DNA from: an uncultured virus (IMG/VR IMGVR_UViG_3300046007_006189)
Taxonomy: Duplodnaviria > Heunggongvirae > Uroviricota > Caudoviricetes
Direction: 5' to 3' (one strand)
IMG/VR virus record: IMGVR_UViG_3300046007_006189
Length of the DNA: 64,000 nt
Positions 11,331-20,956 of this stretch are shown piece after piece. The position numbers were made by a program, and so were the translations under genes. The stretch's first letter is position 1; each line of letters begins with the position of its first letter. The notes below the pieces were generated by a model. That model was given only the letters and a program-made list of their open reading frames with translations, searched no databases and had not been told where the DNA came from.

Positions 11331-11690
11331 TTAATCACCTTTTATTAATCTATAACTATCGCTATCAAAATGCTCAGTAGAAAATTCAAACAATTCCGTA
11401 TTCTCAAGTGCAATCATTCTATGTCTCAATCCACGATATATGTGAAAACTGTCTCCTTTATTTAGTATAATTTCAGAAGCAGTTTCCAAGTCATCATTGT
11501 CCGAATATTTTAAAATTATACTTCCACTTTGCACATAAAAAGTTTCATCTTTCAGAATATGATAATGCCAAGACACTTTTTTGTCTTTTTCGATATATAG
11601 AAGTTTTCCGCAATATTCGGATTTATTTACAATCCACTTTTCATATCCCCATCCTTTGGGGTGTATTTCATTTAAAGAAGTCATTTGCAT
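11331..11690 (-). CDS. Cupin-fold sugar isomerase-like protein (M6P isomerase/lyxose isomerase-like)
   Basis: KGWGYEKWI, SWHYHxxKDETFY, HRM, EFST cupin metal-binding pattern. Confidence 0.75.
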   Translation of the reverse strand: MQMTSLNEIHPKGWGYEKWIVNKSEYCGKLLYIEKDKKVSWHYHILKDETFYVQSGSIILKYSDNDDLETASEIILNKGDSFHIYRGLRHRMIALENTELFEFSTEHFDSDSYRLIKGD

Positions 11691-11985
11691 TCATTCCTTT
11701 GTCGTCAATATAAAAATCACCAGAGGGTTTACCTAAAATTAATTGGTGATATTTTACACCCCATTTATTAATTTGGTCAAGTGTAAAATTATAAAATTGT
11801 TCATATGCTTTTGTACGATCTCCCTCGTTCCTATTCATACCTCTAGCAGTGAATAAAACTATAATATGACCCGCATCATATAATTCATTTATTTTTTGAA
11901 TCCTATCCATATAGGGTGTTGCAAAATGGTAATTACCATTTTCTATAGTACAAATAGTTCCGTCAATATCAATCACATACTTCAA
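11668..11985 (-). CDS. HAD-family capsule-biosynthesis phosphatase (BcbF/EcbF-like)
   Basis: DIDGT, FTARG, GKP and YIDDK motifs. Confidence 0.85.
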   Translation of the reverse strand: MKYVIDIDGTICTIENGNYHFATPYMDRIQKINELYDAGHIIVLFTARGMNRNEGDRTKAYEQFYNFTLDQINKWGVKYHQLILGKPSGDFYIDDKGMNANDFFK

Positions 11986-12787
11986 GGATGTCTCCCTTTG
12001 TTAATGTGTATATACCAAGATGTTCGGTTGATCTTGAAGCTAAAATTACTGACTTTCTAATAGATTCTTCCATATTATTTGTCATATAATAAAGAACAGA
12101 AAGCGCAGAAAGAAAAACATCACCAGCACCAGTAACATCAAACATTTCAACACTTGGGGCAGGAAAATTTTTACTATTCCATGTTGCACCATTTTTACCT
12201 TTGGTGACAATTAAATTGATATTTTTAGGAACTTCTTTTAGTAAAGAAAATTCATTATCATTGCATTTTAATATGCAATTTTTGAAATTAGAAAAACAAT
12301 TTATTGATGTCTTTTTTGTGTCAACAAAGACAGGACATGTTATTTGCTTTGATATCTTTTTAATGAATTTATCTGTTAATAGTCCCCGATTATAATCAGA
12401 TATTACAACAAAATCATAATTATCATTTACCAGAGAGATCAAAGGATCGATGGTATTTGTTATGTCTTCACGAAGCAGTTGTTGCTTTGATTTAAGATCT
12501 ACAAATCTTCGCTTGATCAGTAAAGCAGAAACATTAGTTAAAAATTCAACTTTACAACCGAAAGATTCTAAATTATTTTTTACATTATTAGCCATTCCAA
12601 ATTTAGTTTCACAAGACTGTAAATCAAAAACTGGAACAGGTGCTTCTGGACTTATTCGGTTGACATGTCCAAAGTGATATTCATCTCTACACGTTTCCCC
12701 CAATAACAATACTTTCAATGGTTTTTGAAGTAGAGTATTCAGGGATTCTTTCGAAAAATTTGACTTCTTTTGCATGTTCACTACCAA
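11969..12787 (-). CDS. RfaE domain I / HldA-like heptose-7-phosphate kinase (PfkB family); true start may be TTG at 12718
   Basis: RISPEAPVPV, A.NV..NL, ISDYNRG, DVTGAGDVF. Confidence 0.85.
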   Translation of the reverse strand: MVVNMQKKSNFSKESLNTLLQKPLKVLLLGETCRDEYHFGHVNRISPEAPVPVFDLQSCETKFGMANNVKNNLESFGCKVEFLTNVSALLIKRRFVDLKSKQQLLREDITNTIDPLISLVNDNYDFVVISDYNRGLLTDKFIKKISKQITCPVFVDTKKTSINCFSNFKNCILKCNDNEFSLLKEVPKNINLIVTKGKNGATWNSKNFPAPSVEMFDVTGAGDVFLSALSVLYYMTNNMEESIRKSVILASRSTEHLGIYTLTKGDILEVCD

Positions 12788-13094
12788 TCACGGGTTTCCC
12801 TATCCAATCTGAACCGACAATCATTATATCTGGTTCAAATTTTTTTACAAGGGATTTTAATTGATTATCATTCTCAAAAACATAAACTGCATCAACATAA
12901 CGAAGTGCAAGTAACATTTCCTTACGAACTTCACTAGTATTTATGGGTCGCAAATCACCTTTTTTCTCTTTGACTCGTTCGTCTGAATCAATACCAACAA
13001 CTACTTTGTCACCCAGTGATTTTGCATATTTCAACATTTCTATATGACCGGGATGTAATATATCAAAACAACCATTAGTAAATACTATTTTCAT
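12687..13094 (-). CDS. RfaE domain II / HldC-like nucleotidyltransferase
   Basis: FTNGCFDILHPGH, DSD..V..KG..RP, GSDW, YSTS. Confidence 0.9.
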   Translation of the reverse strand: MKIVFTNGCFDILHPGHIEMLKYAKSLGDKVVVGIDSDERVKEKKGDLRPINTSEVRKEMLLALRYVDAVYVFENDNQLKSLVKKFEPDIMIVGSDWIGKPVIGSEHAKEVKFFERIPEYSTSKTIESIVIGGNV

Positions 13095-13714
13095 ATATTT
13101 TGAGTTCTATCTTTTGGTATTACAATAACATAACCTTCATGATTATATAATTTAGTAATATTATGTGTATCGGAAAAAGCATCATGAATAAATTGAATAC
13201 CATTGCCTCCATAATGAACTCTATCTCTCCAGTTGCCTCCTTCAAAATTTCCATCTTCATATATTCGCAAATCATCTATTATAAAATAGTCTTTGCAATT
13301 TTTTCTATTTTCTTTTATTATTTTTATTTCCTCTTCCAATGGTATTCTTATATTTTTGTCTTTAGTAAAAGTATAAGATGCATTATTATGATCGGCATCA
13401 GGAAAATGTGCATCTAACCAGAAAAAGATATTTTTATTTTTTGGAATATTTGTTAGAATTTGTTTAAGGCCATCGGGCGAATTGGAATTTATTAATTTTA
13501 TATTATGATTTTTATAATTTTCTTTAATTGATAAACACTGTTCATACAAAACCGTAGAAATCTCTATAGAAAAATATTCATCAAACTTATTTTCATTTGT
13601 TTTTTCTAAAACAAATTTTAACGAATTACCAACACCCGTTCCTGTTTCCACAAAATAACTTAAATTAAAATTTGTTTTAATAGAATTAATATCAAAAATA
13701 TTCATAGAACCCAT
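13091..13714 (-). CDS. Putative class I SAM-dependent methyltransferase
   Basis: FVETGTGxG, SIE, FWLDAH, IIDD motifs. Confidence 0.6.
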   Translation of the reverse strand: MGSMNIFDINSIKTNFNLSYFVETGTGVGNSLKFVLEKTNENKFDEYFSIEISTVLYEQCLSIKENYKNHNIKLINSNSPDGLKQILTNIPKNKNIFFWLDAHFPDADHNNASYTFTKDKNIRIPLEEEIKIIKENRKNCKDYFIIDDLRIYEDGNFEGGNWRDRVHYGGNGIQFIHDAFSDTHNITKLYNHEGYVIVIPKDRTQNI

Positions 13715-13729
13715 ATTATTTTCCTTGTT

Positions 13730-14722
13730 TTATTTCCAAAAACTATAAATTCCTTTGTCCAATTCATAAGAAGGCCATTCGTACCTATTTCTTTTTGGTT
13801 GATTTTTTGCCCAATTCCACATTTCGGTCAAACCGTGTTTCAAATCAGTCTTATATTCATACTCTAAAATATTAATTGATTTTTCCCATGTTGGTACTGC
13901 GTGTTTAACTTCATGTCTAGCTTCTTTATATATTTTATTACCAGATCCAATAACTTCAATTAAAGTATCACATGCTTTGTTTATTGAAATTTCTTCTATA
14001 CCGCCTATGTTTATAATTTCTTTAGATGCTTCTTTCTTTATCGCTGCATTCCAAAATGGGCTTAAACAATCATCAATATAACTGAATGCTCTGGTTTGAT
14101 TACCATCGCCATATATTGTCATTGGTTGATTATTTAAATGTTGATACATCCAAATTCCTAAAACATTTCTATATTTGTCCCATATATTTTGTTTCATTCC
14201 ATAAACATTATGCGGCCGCAATATGCACCAATCCAACTCATGTTGTTCGCTGCCAATTTGAATGTCCATTTCACAAGCATATTTTGCTACACCATAGGGA
14301 TCAATTGGTTTGGGTATTTGTTGTTCGTCAAATAAACCACCAAAACCATGACCATATACTGCCATGGTGGAAGTAAACACTAATCGTTTTACATTATATT
14401 TAATACAATTTGTAACAATATTAGTAGTTGCTATTAAATTATTTTCATAATTATATGATCGTATAAATGGTGACAATCCTTCGGCAGCATATGCTGCAAA
14501 ATGATAAACATAATCGGGATTGTGTTCCCTAAAGAGCTTATTCAACGCATTTTGATTTGTCAAATTAATTTCTACAAATTCAACATCAGGATGAACATTT
14601 TCTCTATATCCACCACTCAGATCATCTAAACCAATTATTTTACAATCTTGTACATTTTGTATTAACCAATCTGCAAGTCGTGATCCTAATAATCCAGCTA
14701 CTCCTGTTATCAAAATTTTCAT
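13730..14722 (-). CDS. NAD-dependent NDP-sugar epimerase/dehydratase
   Basis: TGVAGLLG, HFAAYAAEGLS, YGVAK (YxxxK), RPHNVYG, GDGNQTRAF. Confidence 0.9.
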   Translation of the reverse strand: MKILITGVAGLLGSRLADWLIQNVQDCKIIGLDDLSGGYRENVHPDVEFVEINLTNQNALNKLFREHNPDYVYHFAAYAAEGLSPFIRSYNYENNLIATTNIVTNCIKYNVKRLVFTSTMAVYGHGFGGLFDEQQIPKPIDPYGVAKYACEMDIQIGSEQHELDWCILRPHNVYGMKQNIWDKYRNVLGIWMYQHLNNQPMTIYGDGNQTRAFSYIDDCLSPFWNAAIKKEASKEIINIGGIEEISINKACDTLIEVIGSGNKIYKEARHEVKHAVPTWEKSINILEYEYKTDLKHGLTEMWNWAKNQPKRNRYEWPSYELDKGIYSFWK

Positions 14723-14724
14723 AT

Positions 14725-15951
14725 TCAGTCCTCTATATTTAAATTAGGAAAATATCTAACAAATAAATCATTACTATTGTTTCTTTTTTTCTTTATTTTT
14801 TCTTTAATTTCTGTATAAAAATTCCATGCTAATGGAACAAATGCTATCTTATCATCTGTTCCAAATTTAATCAATGAATCAGATGAAAATATTGGAATAT
14901 TCATACCGGGGGTAAACAAATTTTGTTTCAATGGATTGTCGTCTATGATAAAATCCAATTTTATCTTTCCAAAATTAAGGAGAGTATTGCCCTTAGCCGC
15001 TGCACCATAACCAATGACAGAATAACCAGACTTACGCAACTCTTCTACTTTATTTTTTAATCCAATAGTCGAAGCATAACATTTTACTGCATATGATGGA
15101 TATGTTAATATGTCATACAATCCAATTAATTTCTCTTTTTCAATCATATTTTCTACTGCATTTAGTCCCAACCCATTTTTAGTAATGACAAATACATAAC
15201 TTGTTCCATGTATATCTGTTTTAAATACATCACTAAGAACCAATCCACATCGTTCAACTACACGCTTCATAGAATTGGTATTGAAAAATGACAAATGCTC
15301 GTGGTAAATTGTATCAAATTCATTATTTTCGACCATGTTTGCTTGTGATGTCTGTATAAACAAAACAGAGGTATCACTCATCAGTTGTTTACATGATTGG
15401 AGAAAATCAACAGTATATTCTGTATGAGCAAATACGTTTTGGGCAGTTATTATATCAAATGTTCTTCCTTTAAAACAAGAAACAGTACTTGTATTGAAAT
15501 AATCACATACTATTGTATGTCCTTTTGAAACAGCAGTTTCATAAAGATTCTTTGCAGGATCTATTCCATAGGTTTCTAATCCAAGTTTTTTATAAAAATC
15601 TAATTGCGTTCCGTCATTACATGCAATGTCCAATATAGATTTTGCAGTATTATTGTATTCTAATGTTTTATGAGCAAAAAATTCAAAATAATTTTTTAGT
15701 GTCTGTGAAGTACCACTAACATAGAGATAATTCCTGAACATTAGATCGGGATTTACAATATGACTTAATTGGAGATGATAACAAGATGTACATAGATTAA
15801 GTTTTAGCGGAAACTCTTCTTGTTCTATATTTGCATGATAATTATTAGCTAGTGGTTGATTCCCAAGATCTAATATCGTTCTTAGATCTCTACTCTCGCA
15901 TGCCAAACAGCATTTATTTTCTTTAGATAAAATATCTAATATATCAGTCAT
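14725..15951 (-). CDS. NDP-hexose C-methyltransferase (Zn-binding N-terminus plus C-methyltransferase C-terminus)
   Basis: CxxC...LGxQPLAN...CxxC, DIACNDG, NVFAH, FDTIYHEH, GYGAAAKGNT, PLAWNF. Confidence 0.9.
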   Translation of the reverse strand: MTDILDILSKENKCCLACESRDLRTILDLGNQPLANNYHANIEQEEFPLKLNLCTSCYHLQLSHIVNPDLMFRNYLYVSGTSQTLKNYFEFFAHKTLEYNNTAKSILDIACNDGTQLDFYKKLGLETYGIDPAKNLYETAVSKGHTIVCDYFNTSTVSCFKGRTFDIITAQNVFAHTEYTVDFLQSCKQLMSDTSVLFIQTSQANMVENNEFDTIYHEHLSFFNTNSMKRVVERCGLVLSDVFKTDIHGTSYVFVITKNGLGLNAVENMIEKEKLIGLYDILTYPSYAVKCYASTIGLKNKVEELRKSGYSVIGYGAAAKGNTLLNFGKIKLDFIIDDNPLKQNLFTPGMNIPIFSSDSLIKFGTDDKIAFVPLAWNFYTEIKEKIKKKRNNSNDLFVRYFPNLNIED

Positions 15952-16906
15952 TTATTGATCTTTTAAAAGTTTCTATATTGTAATATGCAGTATCATTAAA
16001 ATTATAATTATTAATATTGATATTATTTAATATATCGTCTATTGACTCTTCGATACCATATATTGATTTATATTTTAAATCTTTTTCTATTTTATTTGTT
16101 GATGCTTTATAATTTCTAACATCTTGAATATTATTAATTATTAATTCTATATTCATTCCCAAACCAATTAAATGATTGTAAATTTTATTTGCTAAATCAC
16201 CAATAGTCAAATTAATACCAGATAAATTGTATATACCTGATACATTTAATTCTGCAAATATTGCTTTTTCGTATCCCTGAATTACATCTCGAATGTCAAT
16301 AAGAGGCCTCCATAAATTTGGATTATTTACCACTATTTTTTTATGAAGAATTGCATCTTTTAACATAGTATTAACAACTAAATCATATCTCATTTTAGGT
16401 GACCATCCACACACAGTGCCTTTTCTGAAAATTATTGGTCGAAACATATCATCTTGTAGAGTCATTATTCCACATTCTGATTGTAATTTTGATATACCAT
16501 ATGGATAGTTTGGTTTTATTGCGCTGTTTTCATTTAATATTTTATTTTTAGTATAACCATAAACACTACAAGAACTTGCATAAATAAATCTTCTGATACC
16601 TGCCATTTTTGTTATATAGGCTATATAAGCAGGCGCAGCTGCATTTTCAATAAAATTTAAATCCGGCCGAAACATTGCCATTGGATCATTTGCCAATCCC
16701 GCAAGAAAGATAACGGAATCAAATCCAATTAAATCCTTAGACGTTAATTTCCATAAATCTTGTTTTTGTTTTGAAATTTCAGGTAAAAGAAAATCTCCAA
16801 ACCAAAATTTATCAATTACCGATACATCATGTCCACTCGTATGTAATTGATTGGACATACGAGTACCAATATATCCAGCACCACCTATTATTAATATTTT
16901 GCTCAT
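15944..16906 (-). CDS. NAD-dependent NDP-sugar epimerase/reductase (SDR)
   Basis: GGAGYIG, LAGLANDP, ASSCSVYG, YGISK, RYDLVVN. Confidence 0.88.
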   Translation of the reverse strand: MSKILIIGGAGYIGTRMSNQLHTSGHDVSVIDKFWFGDFLLPEISKQKQDLWKLTSKDLIGFDSVIFLAGLANDPMAMFRPDLNFIENAAAPAYIAYITKMAGIRRFIYASSCSVYGYTKNKILNENSAIKPNYPYGISKLQSECGIMTLQDDMFRPIIFRKGTVCGWSPKMRYDLVVNTMLKDAILHKKIVVNNPNLWRPLIDIRDVIQGYEKAIFAELNVSGIYNLSGINLTIGDLANKIYNHLIGLGMNIELIINNIQDVRNYKASTNKIEKDLKYKSIYGIEESIDDILNNININNYNFNDTAYYNIETFKRSIND

Positions 16907-17700
16907 AATGTATAAATTAATTTTTTAAATTTTTCAATATTTTTTTGAACATATATTGGTAGATGATCTAATGTTTCTATTGAATGTAATTTTTGTTCAT
17001 CAGTTCTGCCAAAAGGATCTTCTAATTTTTCTATTCTTTCTTTAAAAAACTCTTCTGTTAAATGATTACATGTATCATGACCAAAATTAATAGTTTTTAA
17101 TTTTTGATTTTTTTCATCACCTAATGAACTATAATGCCATCCACCATAACTATGATTTTGACAATTTATTCTTGACCACAATCCATCCCCTATACAACTA
17201 TAATATATATTATTTTTCCCAAGAGATTCAAAAGTTGTAATATATGTTCCATGCCATTCAGTTTTATTAAAATCATGAAGAAAACGAGTATTCATATAAT
17301 AATAATATAAATTCATTGTTACACAAATTGGAAATTTATGATCAATTTTTATATTATTTATAATTTCACTTTTAGGAATTTCGTCTAATGCACCAATCAT
17401 GATTATGTCGTTATTCTTTGCTGCAATTAAGCCAGTTATAATATAATTCCAACAATTTATTTCATTTTGTCTAGTATTCTCGTTAAATAAATTTTCTGGT
17501 ACTTCTAATCTAATAATTTTATGATTGAATTTTTCAAATCTATCCTTATTATTAAGATAATGACATTCTTTTGGTTTATTCTGAAATGATCTTTTAGATT
17601 CGACTAAAACAAAATAATCAACTACATCATTTAATTCATTTAATCGTATTTCTAATAAATCTAATTCATTAAAAAAAGTAAAACAATCATAAACTTTCAT
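16903..17700 (-). CDS. Glycosyltransferase family 17-like (GnT-III-like)
   Basis: YDCFTFFNELDLLEIRL..L..VVDYFVLVES, LDEIP, GGWHYS. Start moved to MKVYDCF (17700), which follows an AAGGA RBS. Confidence 0.8.
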   Translation of the reverse strand: MKVYDCFTFFNELDLLEIRLNELNDVVDYFVLVESKRSFQNKPKECHYLNNKDRFEKFNHKIIRLEVPENLFNENTRQNEINCWNYIITGLIAAKNNDIIMIGALDEIPKSEIINNIKIDHKFPICVTMNLYYYYMNTRFLHDFNKTEWHGTYITTFESLGKNNIYYSCIGDGLWSRINCQNHSYGGWHYSSLGDEKNQKLKTINFGHDTCNHLTEEFFKERIEKLEDPFGRTDEQKLHSIETLDHLPIYVQKNIEKFKKLIYTL

Positions 17701-18308
17701 CAGATATTCCTTTTCAATACAGTAAGACCATTGCAATTTACAAATATTTCATGAATTTTCCAATTACTATTTGATTCTAAAAATTCTTCCAAAGCAGGCA
17801 ATAATCCAATCTTATCTTTGCTATTAGTTCCGATCCTCCCTGAATCTTCGTCGGTATATTTGTAAGATTCTGTGTCATGTAGTATTATGTATTTTTTAAC
17901 TTTATGCGAGTGTAGAGACAATTCAGTCTTAAGTTGAGTATATGAATGTAAGGTATCTATGAAAAGTAAATCAGTTTCTTCTATTTCTATATTTGTAGTG
18001 TCTCCTAAAATAAATTGATAATATACATTATTTAAACGACAATAATTTATTACGCTATTCATTCTATCACCACATTGATGGTCATTCCAATGTAATGTTC
18101 CCGAAATAAGGTTTTGCGGATCAACTATATCAATTGATATGAATTTCTTTGGTTTAGCAACAGCAAATGCAAAAGTTGATACTACCCATCGAACTCCCAT
18201 TTCTGTTATGTGGTTACATTCACTAGCATACCGTTTTAGTGTTGGCAGATGCTCATTTATATCTGATGATAAGTTACATAATTTATTGTAATATTGTTCA
18301 GTATCCAT
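17700..18308 (-). CDS. SAM-dependent methyltransferase (Methyltransf_24-like)
   Basis: SDINEHLPTL, EMGVR, DLLFIDTLH, ILHDT, NGLTVL. Confidence 0.75.
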   Translation of the reverse strand: MDTEQYYNKLCNLSSDINEHLPTLKRYASECNHITEMGVRWVVSTFAFAVAKPKKFISIDIVDPQNLISGTLHWNDHQCGDRMNSVINYCRLNNVYYQFILGDTTNIEIEETDLLFIDTLHSYTQLKTELSLHSHKVKKYIILHDTESYKYTDEDSGRIGTNSKDKIGLLPALEEFLESNSNWKIHEIFVNCNGLTVLKRNI

Positions 18309-18309
18309 A

Positions 18310-18984
18310 TTAAATTTCCTTTATTTGTTGTAACACATCTTTATTTCCATGAAATCCAAATGTATCATTTTTATAATCACTATAATCCTTTGAAAATTTA
18401 TCTGCTACTTCAACTGGTGCAAATTTCACACCATTTGAAATAAAATAATCATAGTTATCATTGCATATAAACGCATCTTCTGGTTTTTGACATTTTGGTA
18501 ATATACTTTGGGATAATTGTAATAATTTTTTAGATCTCATACTAAATCCACCATTACCAACTCTATTTAGTCCATCAAGGCCTTTTTTATTAACAATCTC
18601 TGGTAATACTCCTTTGATTTGACATGGGTATCTTCTAAAATCCCAAGTATGTCCAATATAATCGTATTTTAAAAAATCATCCAACCATAAATGAGGATTT
18701 AATATAAAACCATCCGATTGAACTATTATACAATAATCTGTATTAATATAATTATTCAATTCATGAACTATAAATTCATTATATCCTATCCACGACAATG
18801 GGGATATTGTATGATGTTTAATTTTAAAATTTTCATTATAATTTTTGGGTGAAATTAAAACACATTCTGCAAAATTGATATTTTTAGAACTTATACGCAA
18901 TGCATCATATGCATTTTTTATATTTTCTTCTTTTGTTGTTCCTTCAACACACACTAATGTTACATTTGATAATTTTAAAATCAT
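18310..18984 (-). CDS. DUF5672-like putative glycosyltransferase
   Basis: QSDGFI..W...FL.YDYIG, VGNGGFSMRSKKL, EDxFIC, FGFHG. Confidence 0.8.
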   Translation of the reverse strand: MILKLSNVTLVCVEGTTKEENIKNAYDALRISSKNINFAECVLISPKNYNENFKIKHHTISPLSWIGYNEFIVHELNNYINTDYCIIVQSDGFILNPHLWLDDFLKYDYIGHTWDFRRYPCQIKGVLPEIVNKKGLDGLNRVGNGGFSMRSKKLLQLSQSILPKCQKPEDAFICNDNYDYFISNGVKFAPVEVADKFSKDYSDYKNDTFGFHGNKDVLQQIKEI

Positions 18985-18995
18985 AAATAGTTTCT

Positions 18996-19703
18996 TTATG
19001 TCTGGTTATTTGATGTTAACGTATTTATACTTTTCCAATCAATACCAAATGATATAACGGGTTCGTGTACCGTGGTAGCAATACTCGGAATTGGAGAATA
19101 TAATCTTATATTGTTCTGATAAAGATGTCTAAAAAACAATCTATCCTCTAATCCAAATCTTTTTGCAATTGGAATTATATGAGAAATTAAATTTCTTGAT
19201 ACTGCCCAAGAACAAGTTGTACTTTCGCAGGTTCTCCAATGTTTTCCTTCATAAAAGTAAATAGATTCGTTACCTAGACAGATATCGTCATTACTAGTAT
19301 ATCGATCTGGATGATCATATCCGGTGATTAAACCAAATCTTTCAACTCCCGTATAAATGTGGTCTAAAGCATCTAGTGTATAGAGGTAATCATCTTCTGC
19401 AAAATAGATATTTCCTTCTGATATTTTTTCAGAATAATCAAGTTGAAATTGAAGAGAATTATAATTAGATCTAACTTTGTTATAAATTATGGTATAATTC
19501 AATTTTTCCATTTCATCAGAAAGTATTGATTTATCTCCATCCATTAGTATTATAATTTTTATTTGATCCTTATATTTACAATTTAAATAAGAATTATGTA
19601 AAGATTTAAAACAATTAACTTTAGAAAACCAAGAAGGTCTTCCTACTCTAGTCGGGATATTTTCCAATTCTTTATCACATGCTCGGTACAATATAGTCAA
19701 CAT
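18996..19703 (-). CDS. Putative GT-A fold glycosyltransferase
   Basis: IYFAEDDYL (DxD-like), YDHPDRY, HWRTxxSTT; lies inside the glycan island. Confidence 0.6.
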   Translation of the reverse strand: MLTILYRACDKELENIPTRVGRPSWFSKVNCFKSLHNSYLNCKYKDQIKIIILMDGDKSILSDEMEKLNYTIIYNKVRSNYNSLQFQLDYSEKISEGNIYFAEDDYLYTLDALDHIYTGVERFGLITGYDHPDRYTSNDDICLGNESIYFYEGKHWRTCESTTCSWAVSRNLISHIIPIAKRFGLEDRLFFRHLYQNNIRLYSPIPSIATTVHEPVISFGIDWKSINTLTSNNQT

Positions 19704-19706
19704 AAA

Positions 19707-20201
19707 TTAATTTTTTTCTCCCATTATCATAAATGCATTATTCAAATCGATACCGGATTTAAATACGTTTATATATCCACGATTTAACATATAGTCTTCT
19801 AATATTGATGGAGTGAATATATTGACATGCTTTCGATTGTTCCAAGGACGCCAATATTCTTGACTATAATCTGGAAGATACAAAAACAATACTCCACCTA
19901 TTTTTAATTTTGAATACCAATAATCCATCGCATCTACCCATCGATCAACGTGCTCTAGACAATGTGATGAGAAAATATAATCCAAATCAGTATATGGAAA
20001 ATTTAAAGCATGATAATTTCCTTCCAATACAGGATCAACTAATTTGGCGCCTGGAAAGGCCCACTCTTCTTTCATGCATCCTATATCAACGCCATGTCCA
20101 CTACATACATGTTTAGCAAAAGGTATAGCAAATTGCGAAGCATTTCCTTTACTTTGAAATTTTGGGTATTTTTTATTATTAAATGTTATTGTTTCAAGCA
20201 T
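19707..20201 (-). CDS. SAM-dependent methyltransferase (Methyltransf_11-like)
   Basis: GVDIGC, DYIFSSHCLEH, LKxGGVLFLYLP. Confidence 0.8.
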   Translation of the reverse strand: MLETITFNNKKYPKFQSKGNASQFAIPFAKHVCSGHGVDIGCMKEEWAFPGAKLVDPVLEGNYHALNFPYTDLDYIFSSHCLEHVDRWVDAMDYWYSKLKIGGVLFLYLPDYSQEYWRPWNNRKHVNIFTPSILEDYMLNRGYINVFKSGIDLNNAFMIMGEKN

Positions 20202-20955
20202 GAATATATTTCCACGGAATGCTGAAAAGTTCTTTAATATCTTCTTCTGTATGTGGACTTCTAGTTATACATAGAAAATTTGTTTTATTTTTGAGATTTA
20301 ATTTTTCTAAAATATACATCAATGAAGTATCTACAGTTATTATACTTTTCATATTTTCAAATACTTTACACCAATCAAACAAACTAAATCCGTCGTATAT
20401 TTTCATATGAATAAATTTAGTGTCATTAAAAGTAGAGTAAAACCTAGATAAATTTTTTCTATGAATATCTGGAGGAGTAACATATTGTTCGTTAACAAGA
20501 CAATACTCCTCGCCATCTTTTAATCCCAAAACATCATAAAATAATTCATTTTCTTTTTCGCTATTTCTATTAAAATTAAATGAATGTTTCCAAGCAAGAT
20601 AATTTAATGAACATATTTTATATTTTGCTTGCATAACTTGACGAGTAAATGGTTCAATCATATGAGAAGAATACCCCAAAGGCAAAAATAATACGGTTTC
20701 TTCATCTTTTTTAACTACTGTAATTTGTTTTCTTTCATAAAGCAATTTAAATATATCTTTATGCTCAAAATCTTCATCTGTGCATACAAAAGTAACATTA
20801 GGACCTGTTTTTAAATATTTTGTCAATTCTAGTATTGATCGTGCTACAGGCCAAATTATCTGATAACCATTGTTTTCAAATTGTTTACATATTCCTTGAC
20901 AAAAAAATATATCACCAATTCCTGCTTCTTGTTGTATTAAACATGTTTTTTTCAT
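20194..20955 (-). CDS. Putative GT-B fold glycosyltransferase
   Basis: N-terminal GIGDI motif and C-terminal FDW...I.TVDTS, reminiscent of GT9-like enzymes; island context. Confidence 0.5.
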   Translation of the reverse strand: MKKTCLIQQEAGIGDIFFCQGICKQFENNGYQIIWPVARSILELTKYLKTGPNVTFVCTDEDFEHKDIFKLLYERKQITVVKKDEETVLFLPLGYSSHMIEPFTRQVMQAKYKICSLNYLAWKHSFNFNRNSEKENELFYDVLGLKDGEEYCLVNEQYVTPPDIHRKNLSRFYSTFNDTKFIHMKIYDGFSLFDWCKVFENMKSIITVDTSLMYILEKLNLKNKTNFLCITRSPHTEEDIKELFSIPWKYIHA

Positions 20956-20956
20956 T

